DNA of 64,000 bases from Octopus sinensis (taxonomy: Eukaryota): positions 72,726,001-72,790,000 of the forward strand of contig NC_043003.1 of the NCBI RefSeq assembly GCF_006345805.1, given 5' to 3'. Below the pieces are notes generated by a model. It ran no database searches. It had not been told where the DNA came from and worked only from the letters and a program-made list of their open reading frames with translations. The translations under genes were made by a program, and so were the position numbers. Numbering within the stretch: the first letter of the stretch is position 1; each line of letters starts with the position of its first letter. Below, piece after piece: positions 13,062 to 25,230 of the stretch.

Positions 13062-13515
13062 TGGTGTATATGTATATTAGGGAAGTTTATGGAAAAAAAA
13101 ACAAAAGATGAAGACAAGTGGTTTTACAAAACAACAGATGTATTAGTATGATGCTCAGGAATAGAAAAAGTCTTTTATGTTTCGAGCCTACGCTCTTCTA
13201 CAGAAAGGAACACAGAAAAAACAGTCTCGCCCTACCTCACACTCTTTTTGCTTTAAACCTACTTTCCTCTGTTATCGTAAACTTCCGCCTTTTAATTTAA
13301 ACCATGTGTACTTCGTAAACACCAGTCGTTTTTTTCTCCATCTCCTGTTGCCCACTTTGGGATCTTTCTTTCCTCTCTCTTCCTTCTTTATGTTTCCGAC
13401 GAAGAGCTCCGCCCGAAACGTCATACCTTCCTGCTTCCATATTTCCTGAGCGCCTATTAATAATAATACTGTAATTGTTCCACTGTTGTTGTTTTTTTGT
13501 TTTCCCGTTTGGATT
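10900..13515. mobile_element. Rearranged Penelope-like terminal repeats enclosing about 1.8 kb of CA-rich low-complexity DNA
   Basis: About 145-bp direct repeats at 10900-11045 and 13080-13223 are homologous to the tail that follows the GIY-YIG relic at 49020-49260. A plus-strand related tail lies at 13330-13515. Hammerhead-like motifs are present in all three. Confidence 0.6.
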
Positions 13516-13526
13516 AAAATTATACT

Positions 13527-13589
<63 letters not shown>

Positions 13590-13597
13590 GTGTGTGT

Positions 13598-13628
<31 letters not shown>

Positions 13629-14357
13629 CGTTTGTGTCTGTGTGCTGTAAATATGTACTGTAGGGTAATGAAGGTTACTGGATTATTCTGAGATTTGTTA
13701 GCTTGCAGAACTGAATTCACCATCACATGAATGTAATCGTAAAGAAAGGTCTCTGATTGGCTGATTTGACACTGCACAGAGACTTGAGTCTTCATTAGTT
13801 CTCCTATAATCTGATTATGTAACAGGAATAATTCTAATTAACCTTATTTTTATCTTTCCATAAAAAAATTATTGCTGTTGAAACTAATTTGTATATCACC
13901 AACTTGTGTATAAAATCCATGCCAATGAAGGAAATTTACGTGGTCGCTCAATCTGCCAAAAATAGCAGCTAAATTCCTTCAAATTACATCGCTATTTTCT
14001 TATGGAAGGAAAGGACACATTATACAATTCAGTCCTAGATATCTCCTATATAAAAATGGGCTGGTCAAAGCTAGAATTGATCATGTCGGCTCACTCGCTA
14101 CTGACCTGGAATTAAACAACAACAACAACTGTAATATTATAATCTTTTCTACTATAGGCACAAGGTCTAAAATTTTGTGGGAAAATGCTATTTGATTACA
14201 CCGAGCCCAGTGCTGAACTGATACTTATTTCTACAATCCTGAAAGGATGAATGGCAAAGTGGAACTTGAACTCAGAAAGCATAGGCAAACAAAATGTTGC
14301 AAAGCATTTTGTCTGGCATGCTACTAATTTTGCCAGCTCACCACCTTTATATATATA

Positions 14358-14742
14358 CTAGCAGTATCGCCCGGTGTTGCTCGGGTTTGTAAGGGAAATA
14401 ACTATATAAGCATTTTTAGAGAGTTATAGCAAAAAAATGCATAAAAAATTGAAAAAAAATTAAGGTAATTTTTTTTTAAATCGTTGACACATCGTAGATA
14501 TTTTTAGAGAGTTACTTCCCTTATATAATAACGAAAAATATGCATTAAAATGGAAAAATATGATGGTAAATTTTTTTTAAATCGTAGACTCATCGTAGAC
14601 GCGCGCTAATACCCAAAGGGCTCGATATGAAACACGACTATAAGATACCCGCTTTTGGTTAAACTGCACCGCAAAATGTGGGAGTAGTTACGAATCTAAA
14701 TCGTAGGAGACAGACACACCACTTCACTTTTATATATAAAGA
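14358..14742 (-). mobile_element. Non-autonomous Helitron, 385 bp
   Basis: The minus strand starts A|TC (14742-14741) and ends CTAG|T (14361-14358). A GC hairpin cccggtgttgctcggg (14370-14385) sits about 8 nt from CTAG. An internal ~100-bp tandem duplication is present. These are canonical Helitron termini. Confidence 0.85.
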
Positions 14743-14852
14743 TATAAGCCACGTAGTTATATACACATACTTTGTTATATACACATTCTTAAAAGAAAAT
14801 GTTATTTTGAACACAACATTTACAAAGAATAAATATTTTTGGTTTTTCTTAA

Positions 14853-15916
14853 CCCTTTCGTTACTATATTTCTGACCAAAATACACCCCTTATGTGTTTC
14901 AATTAATTTCTAACGTAATCATAAATTTAGTCTGGTTTCATTAAACAACTATACTTTTTTATTTATGAATATATTAATCTGATTTTTGGAAGATAATTTA
15001 GTGAAATGTTCTCAACTAATTCTATACTATAATTTTTGTCACAAAGTGACTCTAATTGCAGGTAGATACAGGTAAATTCAACAATATATAAAATTATTAA
15101 AATTTTGTTCAAACATCGCTATAGAAAATGGGTTATTAGCTAATATTCAATTGGGTATACAACAAAATTTTACGATAGAATTTGTTATTCTGGGTAACTT
15201 TCTAATACCCATAATAATATTTATGGCAAAATAGGCCTTAATTTCATTTAAGGTTGTGGGAAATAACAAACTATCGTTTCTTTCGCTTTGTTTACGTTTA
15301 GCGTAACAGTTCGTTTCCGCCGTAATGATTTCAAATGGGCTCATTCGAAAAAGTAAAAAGAAATAGTTTAAGGCTTTACGCTTCTGGGAAAGTCTGTGGC
15401 TTGGTCCAGTTTCTTCAGAAAAATCACCGAAAGAAACAGTTTTTAAATTTTCACTCCATTCAGGTGCCAAAGCATTTTCTTTATCGCTGTCGGAGATCTC
15501 GGATTCACTGTTTTCACTTTCGGAAAATGAAACATCAGATTCATTATCAAATACCACATACTTTTTTTTTCAGTCATAGAGTTAGATTTATGAAGATCTT
15601 CAGTAGAAAATCCTTCGAATTCTGACTCGCTGCTTGATATAATGAAATTCGTATCCATTTTTTGTCAGAATTACAAATTTTGAAAACACAATAGGAACAA
15701 ATTTCGGAAAAAAATCTCCCATAATTCACGGAATTAAAATTACACTTCGATTTTTGTACAAAACTGTAGTTGAACTGTTTACGAAGTATAATACGTGTTT
15801 TCACGAATGTTCTAAAGAGATTTACTCTGATATTCTCATTTAAATATGAATAGGTAAATTCGGGCGGCTTGGTCACATTAACCAAATTTTTTTCAGGCGG
15901 TTTGGTAACGAAAGGG
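14853..15916 (-). mobile_element. Internally deleted piggyBac element with N-terminal transposase remnant
   Basis: TTAA target duplication (14849-14852, 15917-15920) and perfect 12-bp TIR ccctttcgttac. The minus strand 15658-15147 encodes an acidic N-terminus (SSSESEFEGF) and FLLF...IITAETNCYA...PTTLNEIKAYFAINIIMGIRKLP, typical of piggyBac transposases; frameshifted and truncated. Confidence 0.9.
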
Positions 15917-16803
15917 TTAAACGGATGCATACATTTATTAATAACTATATATAAGTGTCGTCTGTTTATACATAAACACTGTTTCATACTGCAATTATAT
16001 ATACATATATCTATATTATATAATAAAATATATACAGAGTAAAATAAAAACCAATTTACCTTTTCTGTATTGTTATAGCAATTCGACCGTCCGTGTGTCT
16101 TTGCAAATGTGTTGGAATGATAAGTGAGTTGTGTTTTGGCGCCTTTTTTACTAATAACAAACACACACGTGTTTGTATGTAGTTGTTTGAAACGTTTGTT
16201 TGTCACTGTCATATATGTATGTGTATGCGTGTGTGTGAGGGATGACACACACACACACACTCACGCACGCACACATGTACATCAATGCTTTTATCAGCGT
16301 CATAGACAGAAACAAATATTATATCGCCATCGCCATCGCATTCTATTGTCTACCTGTCAACACACACACAGTGAATTACTTTCACTTTATTCGTTGCACA
16401 CTGTGTGTGTGCATGTGCGTGTGCTGTAAACCACACTAAGAAAAGCATTTGACATACACACCAGAATGTGAGTTTTCTGTAAATTTTGCTTAATTGGAGT
16501 TTAAATTTTAAAAACTGGACCTGGCACGACCCGATGCATTCTACTCTTAAAAATGCTAGGTAAATTGTAATTGAAGAAATCCTATTTTGTAGATTTCTAT
16601 AACAAACAAAGGGAGGCAGATAAAATCTGCCTCAGTGGTCTAGCAAGAAAGAAAAAATTAGTCAATAGACTATATATTATTCAAAGAAGAATACAGTGTA
16701 CGTTCAGACACAAAAGAGATACCTGAAGAATAGGATATCTGACTTGGAGTTTTAACTGCTCTTTCTAGCGAGTCAAATATCCTATTGTTCAGGTATCTTA
16801 TAT

Positions 16804-16955
<152 letters not shown>

Positions 16956-18339
16956 CACACACATATATATATATATAGTAATATTAGTTTCAAATTTTGG
17001 CACAAGACCAGTAATTACAGGTGAATGGATAAGTTGATTACATCACCCCACCCACCCCTCCCTTTCCAGTGTTTAACTGGTACTTATTTTATCAACCCCC
17101 AAAAGGATGAAAGGCAAAAGCTGACCCCAGCAGAATTTGAACTCAAAATGTAAAGATGGACGAAGTGTTGCTATGCATTTTGCCCAGCATGCTTTTGATT
17201 CTGCCAACTTACCACACCAGTATAGTAATATTGATATTTCATGTTAAGGGATGCAAGGCATTACTTTTAGAGGGATGTAAGTATCTTTTTTTTTGAGGGT
17301 CTTCAAATATTTGAAATGTAGTATACTACATCTGTTTTTATATTTCTTATCTTATAATCTCATTAAATGTATGGTTTCCATAAATACTTCTAAAATGAGT
17401 GAAGCTGCCAGTTTTGCTAATATTAAGTAATTTTCTATTTTTATTTTCTCTCTAAATAGGTTTTTTTTTTTTTTATCAATATATTTCACTTTTAAATGTT
17501 ACCTTGCCTGGGTTTGAAGCTAACCAGATTATGTTGATAACTGCTGTATTCTGCTTCTGTAATTGAATGAGAGCAAAACTGCATATTTCGTCATCTTTTT
17601 CTGTGATATGAGTTATCTTTCTCACTTTCTGGAATCACTTCACACATCATCCATCCTTGATTCTTGATATCGTCCCTCTCCTCTCACATTTTACACTGAT
17701 CACACTTCTGCACTACTCAATCATCTCTCCTTCTCAACCACCATTCATCACATTCTTCCCACACACTTCATCAATCTCTTCCTTCACCCATGTGCAATGT
17801 ATCTGCACACACACATCATCTCCCACTCTCTCATTCTTCCCCTGTGTACTGTATTATCACTGTTCTGCTGCTCTTACCCCCTCCTTCTGTGCTATCAGTT
17901 ATCACATATTATCCCCTGCCTTCCCATTTCATGTATCATTGATTATTCCTGCAACCCTACCCATTTTCTACAGACATCACTTATTCTTCTTTACCTTCTA
18001 CCTGTCTATTTATCACCAACCATTCCCCAGGTAATGTCCTTCATTACATTCACCCTCTTACCCATTCCCCATCTCTAACCATCATTCATTTGCCTCCTAC
18101 GATCTTGCAGTCTCTACCCACCCCTCTTTCTCTGTCTTGTCACCACTCACTTCTGTTCACTCTCTTGTGCCTTTGGAGTCCACCCTGATACTTCTTCAAC
18201 ATTGTTTTATCTCTCCTTCTAGTTCCACTCCCACCACACTTCTATAATATGAGCAGTCATATATCTCTTCTACGGCAAGTATCCTGTTCTGTTCTCACTC
18301 TTTCTTTCATCCTGGGTTCTCTTTGTGGGTTTTGCATAT

Positions 18340-20120
18340 TCCATATGCATTTATTACTTCCTTAATTTATTACCTCCTCAAGAAGTGTTCATTTTCTTCT
18401 TGATGAGAGCCTAAATTTGTCTTCCGTTTCTCTTTGACACTTGTTAACTTGCTTCCTTTTTCTGCTCTTTTCCAGTATAATTGGCCCACATCAGATTGGA
18501 AATGCATGCCACTGTGCATTGTGAACTATTTCTTCAGGTTTCTGTCAGTGTCCTTCTGTTCTTCCTGTCTCCATTCAATAACTTTTGCTCCATACCTCAT
18601 TAGGTATACTGCCTTCAGGTTAATTGTTTGTATGATGTTTTCTGAATTCAGTTTGGATTTCAGAGTCTTCTCCATTTTTAAACGAGTTTCCTTCTCTTCT
18701 ATACTTTTGATTTTTTATATTCTCCTGATATTCCCAAATGTTTGTTTCATCTGTATTTAATAATTTTGTATTTTCATCTTTAATTGGTCCTTCACTCTCT
18801 TACTTTCTGTTCATCAGACACTAGGTGTTTCTCATAGAAGTGTTGGTACACTTCTGTAATTACCCCTTTTAAGAATTTCCACATAACTGGTCAGATTCCT
18901 TTCAATTTGCCTGTCAGTTTTGGGCAATATCAGTCTCATTTAGTTGTATTACTATGGTTTCATAGTAGTTTGTAAATCCCTTCAGCCAGAACCATGGCCA
19001 GTTCTAGTCCTGCTGCTTTCAACTTTCCTTCCTTTTCCTAATTACTTTTGAATATTTGCTTTTATGAGGATAACATCTTTCTACTTCTCAACATTTTCAG
19101 TGTAATTTTCCACTTGTTTTGTCCATTGTGTTTGGCAGATTTTTAAAAATAAATTTCTCCTCTAAACAGCTTGCTTTCTGCAGCATCTGATCTTATACTG
19201 TAATTTCTCTTCTTTTTTTTCTTCAAGAAGATCCAATAGGTATGTATGGTTTGATTGAAATAGTTGATTTTGCTTATATTGGCTGTTTGTTTCATTATTC
19301 TTTCTGATTTGTACAGTTTTTGACTTTACCTTCTGCTTCAGTTTTTCCATCTTTTAAAGATTTTTCCTTACATGATACATTTCCTCTAATCTACCTTTGC
19401 TCTCTTCTCTTTAACCCTTTAGCATTTAGATTAATTTGTCAAAAGTAATCCTTATTTATTCACATTTAAAAAAAAATTATCTGATATTATTTTGTACCTT
19501 CAAGATAGGAAAGATGTAATTGCTTATTTTTAGAGTGACATTGCAGGGTAGGTGTGAGATGCATATTCTGGCCAGTTTGAGCATAAAATGTGTAGAATAT
19601 TTGGGCCGGATACAGCCAGTTTAAACACTAAAGGGTTAATCTCTTCTCTTCCACCGGTCTGGTATACTTATATCTTTCCTTAGACCACTGCTTTTTCCAC
19701 CAAGGTGTTTGCTAGTTCTTCTTTTGTCCTTTTCTTCATCTAACAATCTTGCAGTTATATTAGTACCTGCTAATATCAATGTAATTGTATATTTAATGTG
19801 TTTTATTAGCAATCTTACCAACCATACTGCTTTTGTTTTTTTTCCCTTAACCTCAAATTAACTGATTCTAGGGCCTCACTTCCTTCAGTTTCTACCTCAA
19901 CATAAAATTTCCTCTTTTTGTATATGTTGGATTTTTGCCCTTGTTTCAACTGCAAATATATTTTCTTGGCTGTCTATGAGGGTCACATTCTCCTGATTCT
20001 CAGAAGAGTTACTGCCATTTGCTCGGTTTTAATATCCTGAGTATTACAATTTTAGATTGATCTTTCTCTGTATGCCTTGAATTTTTAAGGAAAATATTTT
20101 TCATTCCTGATTCACAATAC
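18340..20120 (-). mobile_element. Highly degraded R4/Dong-like non-LTR retrotransposon
   Basis: The minus strand near 18930-19030 reads KAAGLELAMVLAEGIYKLL*NHS, resembling the KSPGPD...WLK..LH RT N-terminus. A nearby fragment at 20880-20950 reads LQKPVLLGTTRILHR, the typical R4/Dong ORF end. Confidence 0.45.
19415..19635. mobile_element. piggyBac-type MITE, 221 bp
   Basis: TTAA on both sides (19411-19414, 19636-19639). TIRs ccctttagcattta versus ccctttagtgttta (12/14). Confidence 0.85.
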
Positions 20121-21387
20121 CTAGCTTCTACTGAGTTTAATACTCTCATATCATTCTGGATAGCCAGCATTCTTTTCTGGAATTCTCACTTGATTCATTT
20201 CTTGGATAACATTTGATTACTATTGTTTTGATCTCCTTTTTCCACTCAACTTTTTTACACAGTAGTAACAAGATGATGCCTGGAGCTGCACTACTGCTGT
20301 TGTTGCTGTTAAGGTGGTGAACTGGTAGGATCATTAATGAGTTGGACAAAATATTTTGCAGCATTTCTTCCAGCTCTTTGTTTTGGGTTCAAATTCTACT
20401 AAAGTTAACTTTGCTTTTTTATCCTTCTTGGGTTGATAAATTTAGTACCTGTTGAGTACTACAATTGATGCAGTTGATCTACTCTTTCCCTTAAAATTGT
20501 TAGTCTTGTACCAAAATTCAAAATCATTAGTATTATTATGAAGCCAGTAAGATGGCAGAATCATTAACATGATGGACAAAATGCTTAGCAGCATTTCTTG
20601 TGGCCTTACATTCTAAGTTCAAATTCCATTAAGGGCAGCTTTGCCTTTCATCCTCTCAGCTTTGATAAAATAAGTACCAGTTGAGTACTGGAGTTGATGT
20701 AATCAACTTACCCCCTCCCCTGAACTTGCTGGATTTGTGCCAAAATTTGAAACCATTATTACTTTTATTATTATTTGATGAAAACTCTCAGCTTATTTTG
20801 TTGGGTATGATGGAATGAGTCAGCAGTCCACAGCCAGCAGACTAAAGTGACACTTGTTTACTGATCATGCCTCAAGTATCCTGTGAAGAATTCTTGTAGT
20901 TCCAAGCAATACTGGTTTTTGTAGGTGTTCTACCTTTGCATTTGTACCAACCTTTTTGAGCTATGTTGTTAGCTGAGTACTGATATTTCCAAGTGCGCTA
21001 ATTACTATTGGTATCACGTCTACTCTCTTCATTGACTATAACCTTTGTATTTAATATTATTATTATTATTATTATTATTATATTTCGTTTTTGGATTTGG
21101 TTTGCAAGATTATTTATATGAGGTCATGTGTTGAAGCATATTCTGTGGTGTCTGGGGAGAGTCATTCTCTTTTAGTGCCTTATTTTTTAACACACTCACC
21201 GGTAAAATTTGCACTTATTTCTTATTTTTTATTTTCTAGAAAAGAAAAAAAAAAGAAAGAAGTGGAAATTTTACCAGTGAGTGTGTTAAATAATAAGGCA
21301 CTAAAAGAGAATGACTCTCCCCAGACACAGCAGATTATTATTATAATTATTATTATTATGATTATTATTGTCTATATTTATTTCCAG

Positions 21388-21502
21388 TATGAATGGGTTG
21401 AAAATCACTTTGGTAGTGACTGGTCAAGTAAAGTAATAATAACCGCAGACAAAACAGTGATCAATGGTCATCTTCTTATTGATGACAGACCACATGTAAG
21501 AG
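21388..21502 (+). CDS. NT5C/NT5M: 5'(3')-deoxyribonucleotidase, internal coding exon, 115 nt
   Basis: Acceptor tttccAG, donor GTgagt at 21503. Translates YEWVENHFGSDWSSKVIITADKTVINGHLLIDDRPHVR+g, containing the DKT and LLIDDRP HAD motifs III/IV. Confidence 0.95.
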
Positions 21503-21970
21503 GTGAGTCCTGCCTATTTTCTTCTCACTGAAATATTAGTTAGTACCTGCTTGTTGATAGACTATGTTGTTTATGCCACTAAGATGGATCATCTAAAAGA
21601 CTAACAGCAATTACTAATGTCCTTATCAACATCATTGTCATTACTGTCATTCCACTCACACCGTAACCACACTCCCTCCCCCTCATCATCAGTGTTATCG
21701 TCATCATCATCATCAGTGTCATTACTTCATTTTTCCCCAATTCTTCCTCTTGCTTGGATGTAGATGGATCATGACCCAGTGAAGTGGAAGGAGTTGGCAG
21801 TGATGATGGTGATGATATTGATGATGAAGATGATAATAACATTGGGGAATAGCTGTTTGGTATGGTGATGATGATAATGATAATGGTCATGACTATTTGA
21901 TGATGGTAATATGTAATGATGTCAATAATTATGGCACTACTACTACTACTACTACTACTCTCTGTTTCAG

Positions 21971-22128
21971 GTGCAATGAAACATCCATCATGGAAACATA
22001 TTCTGTTCAATGCCTGCCACAACAATAAGATGACATTTCCTGAAAGCAAGAGACGACTTGAGAATTGGTTAAATGGTGAATGGAGGGGGCTGATTAGTGA
22101 GTTTAAGAAGAAACATCTAATTGAATGA
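21971..22128 (+). CDS. NT5C/NT5M: 5'(3')-deoxyribonucleotidase, last coding exon
   Basis: Acceptor ctgtttcAG. Translates (G)AMKHPSWKHILFNACHNNKMTFPESKRRLENWLNGEWRGLISEFKKKHLIE*, matching the family PSW.H.LF.ACHN...RRL..W motif. The four exons total 438 nt = 146 codons with no internal stop. Cytosolic versus mitochondrial type cannot be assigned without exon 1. Confidence 0.95.
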
Positions 22129-22150
22129 AAGACAGTGACAAAGGAAATTT

Positions 22151-22203
<53 letters not shown>

Positions 22204-22870
22204 AAAGAGAGAGAGTGAGAGATAAGGCGGGGAGAAGTTGAATGAAAGAGTGAGAATCTGTTAGAATATTGTATTTTTTTATAGATTATATTAACATTTC
22301 CATGTAAGAATTCTGGTAAGAATTTTGGGCATTTATTTACTACTGGGGCAATTATAATTTTACATTGTTTTGCTTCTACTAACCAGTAAGCTGTGAAAAA
22401 AATTGTGAACCTTGTGTGTCAGCCAGGTAGACTGAGAATGATGAACTACCTGGCTCCTTTAGAGAACACGGAACAAAACACAATGCCTGTACTTTAATTT
22501 GTACTCATGACCTTGTTTATACTAATGAATGGTTATAGTTTTTCTTTTTAAGATGTAAGCAATACATATTTTATTTATTGAAGATTTAGTTTAATAATTA
22601 CAAATATAATACAAAACCACATTAAAATACAAATCCAAGAAAACACAAACATGAGTGAAGAAAGAAAGAAAGAAAAAAGAGGAAAAAGGGGAAGAAAGGA
22701 AAAAAAACATAAATTCAACACCAAGTGCTTCAATTGGTTGCACAGCACAAGCTCGGTGGAACCCATTGAAGCAAGCCAACATGCTCTTGATATTACCATG
22801 GACAATGGTGAGGCTTAAGTATTCGAAGAATCTGGTGCTGGTGCTGGTCTTGAGTAAATAATTGCACTGT

Positions 22871-23360
22871 TTCATCATCATCATCATCATCATCATTTAA
22901 TGTCCGTTTTCCATGCTAGCATGGGTTGGACGGTTCGACTGGGGTCTGGTAAGCCATGGAGGCTGCACCAGGCTCCAGTCTGATTTGGCAGTGTTTCTAC
23001 AGCTGGATGCCCTTTCTAACGCCAACCACTCCATAAGTGTAGTGGGTGTTTTTTTACGTGCCACCGGCACAGGAGCCAGTGCAGGCTGGCAAACTGCCAC
23101 GATTGGTTGGTGCTTTTACATGTCACCGACACGGATGCCAGTCAGGCGATGCTAGTAACGGCCATGCTCGAACGGTGCTTTTACGTGTCACCAGCACTGG
23201 TGTCTTAACTACAATTACCATTCGAATTTTTGATGTAGAAGAACTTGACTCAACAGGTCTCCTCAAGAACAGCGGGTCACTCTACGATCCAAGGTCAGCG
23301 CAGCAGGCTGTCCTGCGAGCATGAACTCACTTCATTTGTCGGGTCTTCGAATCCTTGATG
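22871..23360 (-). mobile_element. RTE 3' UTR fragment with (GAT)n tail
   Basis: Reverse complement of the tail at 6930-7094, including hairpin-array units at 23045-23200. Confidence 0.85.
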
Positions 23361-24199
23361 ATGGTAAGTTATGAGAAAAAAGTTAATCTGAAAACCAGGT
23401 ACAAAGATTTGTTTAGAATGTAAGAGTACATGATTTACCAAAAATCTAGGATTAATGACTTTGAAAACATAAAACAAAAGTAAAAGAAACAAACAAAACA
23501 CTCTGGAATAAACAAAATAAAGTAAACAAATAATAGTTGATCGAATATGTAAACATGACTGTGGTAGTTAAGAGGTTTGTTTCCCAGTCAAATGGTCAGA
23601 GTTCAATTCTGTTGTGTAGCACCTTGGGCAAATATCTTCTGCCATATATCCTTAGATAATCTTATTTTATAATCATGAAAATTACACTGGCTAAAAATTC
23701 ATTCTAACTGCTCTTTCTATGTGTAAAATTCTATGACAACCAATCAATCAAGCAATTTTGAGTAGATTGTACCACAATGCCTAATATACTGAACATGCCC
23801 TTACCTATGAAGATCAGTCCCTACACCACTACCCATCAAGCATGTAAATTAACTTTGGTAAATTATATCATAATTTTCTTTAAATTATGTACACTTATGC
23901 TTAGGAAGCATTAACAATTGCTGCTAGTTTTTCTTTTTTTCTGAGTGGTAAATTTCAATTTTGTGTTTGTCATTCTTTAACTTAATTATCAAAAGTGATG
24001 CTTTTAGCCTATTTAACTTACTTCCATTGGTGCATTTTGTGTATTTATTATATTTATCTTCTACTGTAGCCTTAAGCTGGCTAATATCTTGTGGGCATAA
24101 TCTGTTTGATAGATGTTATGTGGAAACCAGTGAAACACCACTAGTCACAATGTATTTCCAATTCTTTCTCAAATGAACCCTTCTTTTCCACCTTGGCCC

Positions 24200-25230
24200 A
24201 AATTGTTTAACTAAATAATCTTCTTGTGGGGGTCTTCGAAGTGCCCTTTTCTGATCTCTTGGAAACTACATGGCAATGACTCAAGTCTATTTGTTGTCTG
24301 TGAACCTTGCAACATACATAACCCCAGCAGCCCTTGTGTTTTCAGTATTTTGTGATTACATCAATCACGCTGCTCTGTTCATAAGTTATGGCATTTCAGA
24401 TATGCTCTTGCAGTAATATTCCTTGCATAAGTCTTTCCATGGCCCTTTGTGTCACAATCAATCAATATTCTCCCCTCTTCACTGTAGCCCATATGTCACT
24501 TGCATATGAGATGGCAGGTAGGACAATGCTGTTGAAGAGCCTGGCATGTAGGGTCTTTCCAGGCAAATGTATTCTATCCTGCCCTCATTCTCGATAAAAT
24601 TTCACCAGATTTCAGTGTTCATGTCTCACTGCATATTCACGATGTGCCCAAATTAGGTGCACTTCTTAACATTCTTGATTTGATTGCTCTCCACCTTTAT
24701 TTGTCCTTGTGCTATATTTTCGAACTGCATGTATATTGCTTTCATGTGGTTCATTTAAAGGCTTACTGCTTAGCTGTGGGTGTCCAGCTCTATCTACATG
24801 GTCTGTAGCTGATCTGTGGGTTTGGTGATGAATCTGATGTCATTTGTGAATTGGAGATGTGTTAGTAGCTTGCCATTGATGTTCAAGCTACCTGTCCTGT
24901 CAATGTCTTTGATGACCATTTCTAGACATGTAAAGAACTTTGCAGTGATGGTATCTCCTTGTTTGATGTCTTTCTCAAATGGAAATCTTACTGGTGGCAA
25001 TAGCAGAGCTATGTTGATGGTGCACCCAGTGTTTGCATCCCTGAGTAGTTTGTATTACACCTTGACTTCTTGAATATCCAGAGATAGCAGCACTTTGTTT
25101 ATCTCAACATGTCAAAGGCCTTTTTTTTAGTTGATGAAAGTGATGCACAGAGGCAGCTTGTATCCTTTTGCTTGGGGAAATGTGACTATCATACTGTAGT
25201 GCTTATGGAAACCTACTTGCTCCCTTAGCT
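24200..25230 (-). mobile_element. Degraded RTE-clade RT fragment (different subfamily)
   Basis: ORF 24794-25000 reads DIKQGDTITAKFFTCLE...INGKLLTHLQFTNDI, equivalent to GVRQGD..SPKLF...LRFADDI. Confidence 0.7.

Noticed and set aside
21916-21970. Signal-peptide-like MMSIIMALLLLLLLLSVSG in frame with the last NT5 exon
   Set aside because: The poly-Leu comes from a (CTA)n microsatellite upstream of a good splice acceptor. The product would be a non-catalytic fragment, so most likely coincidence.
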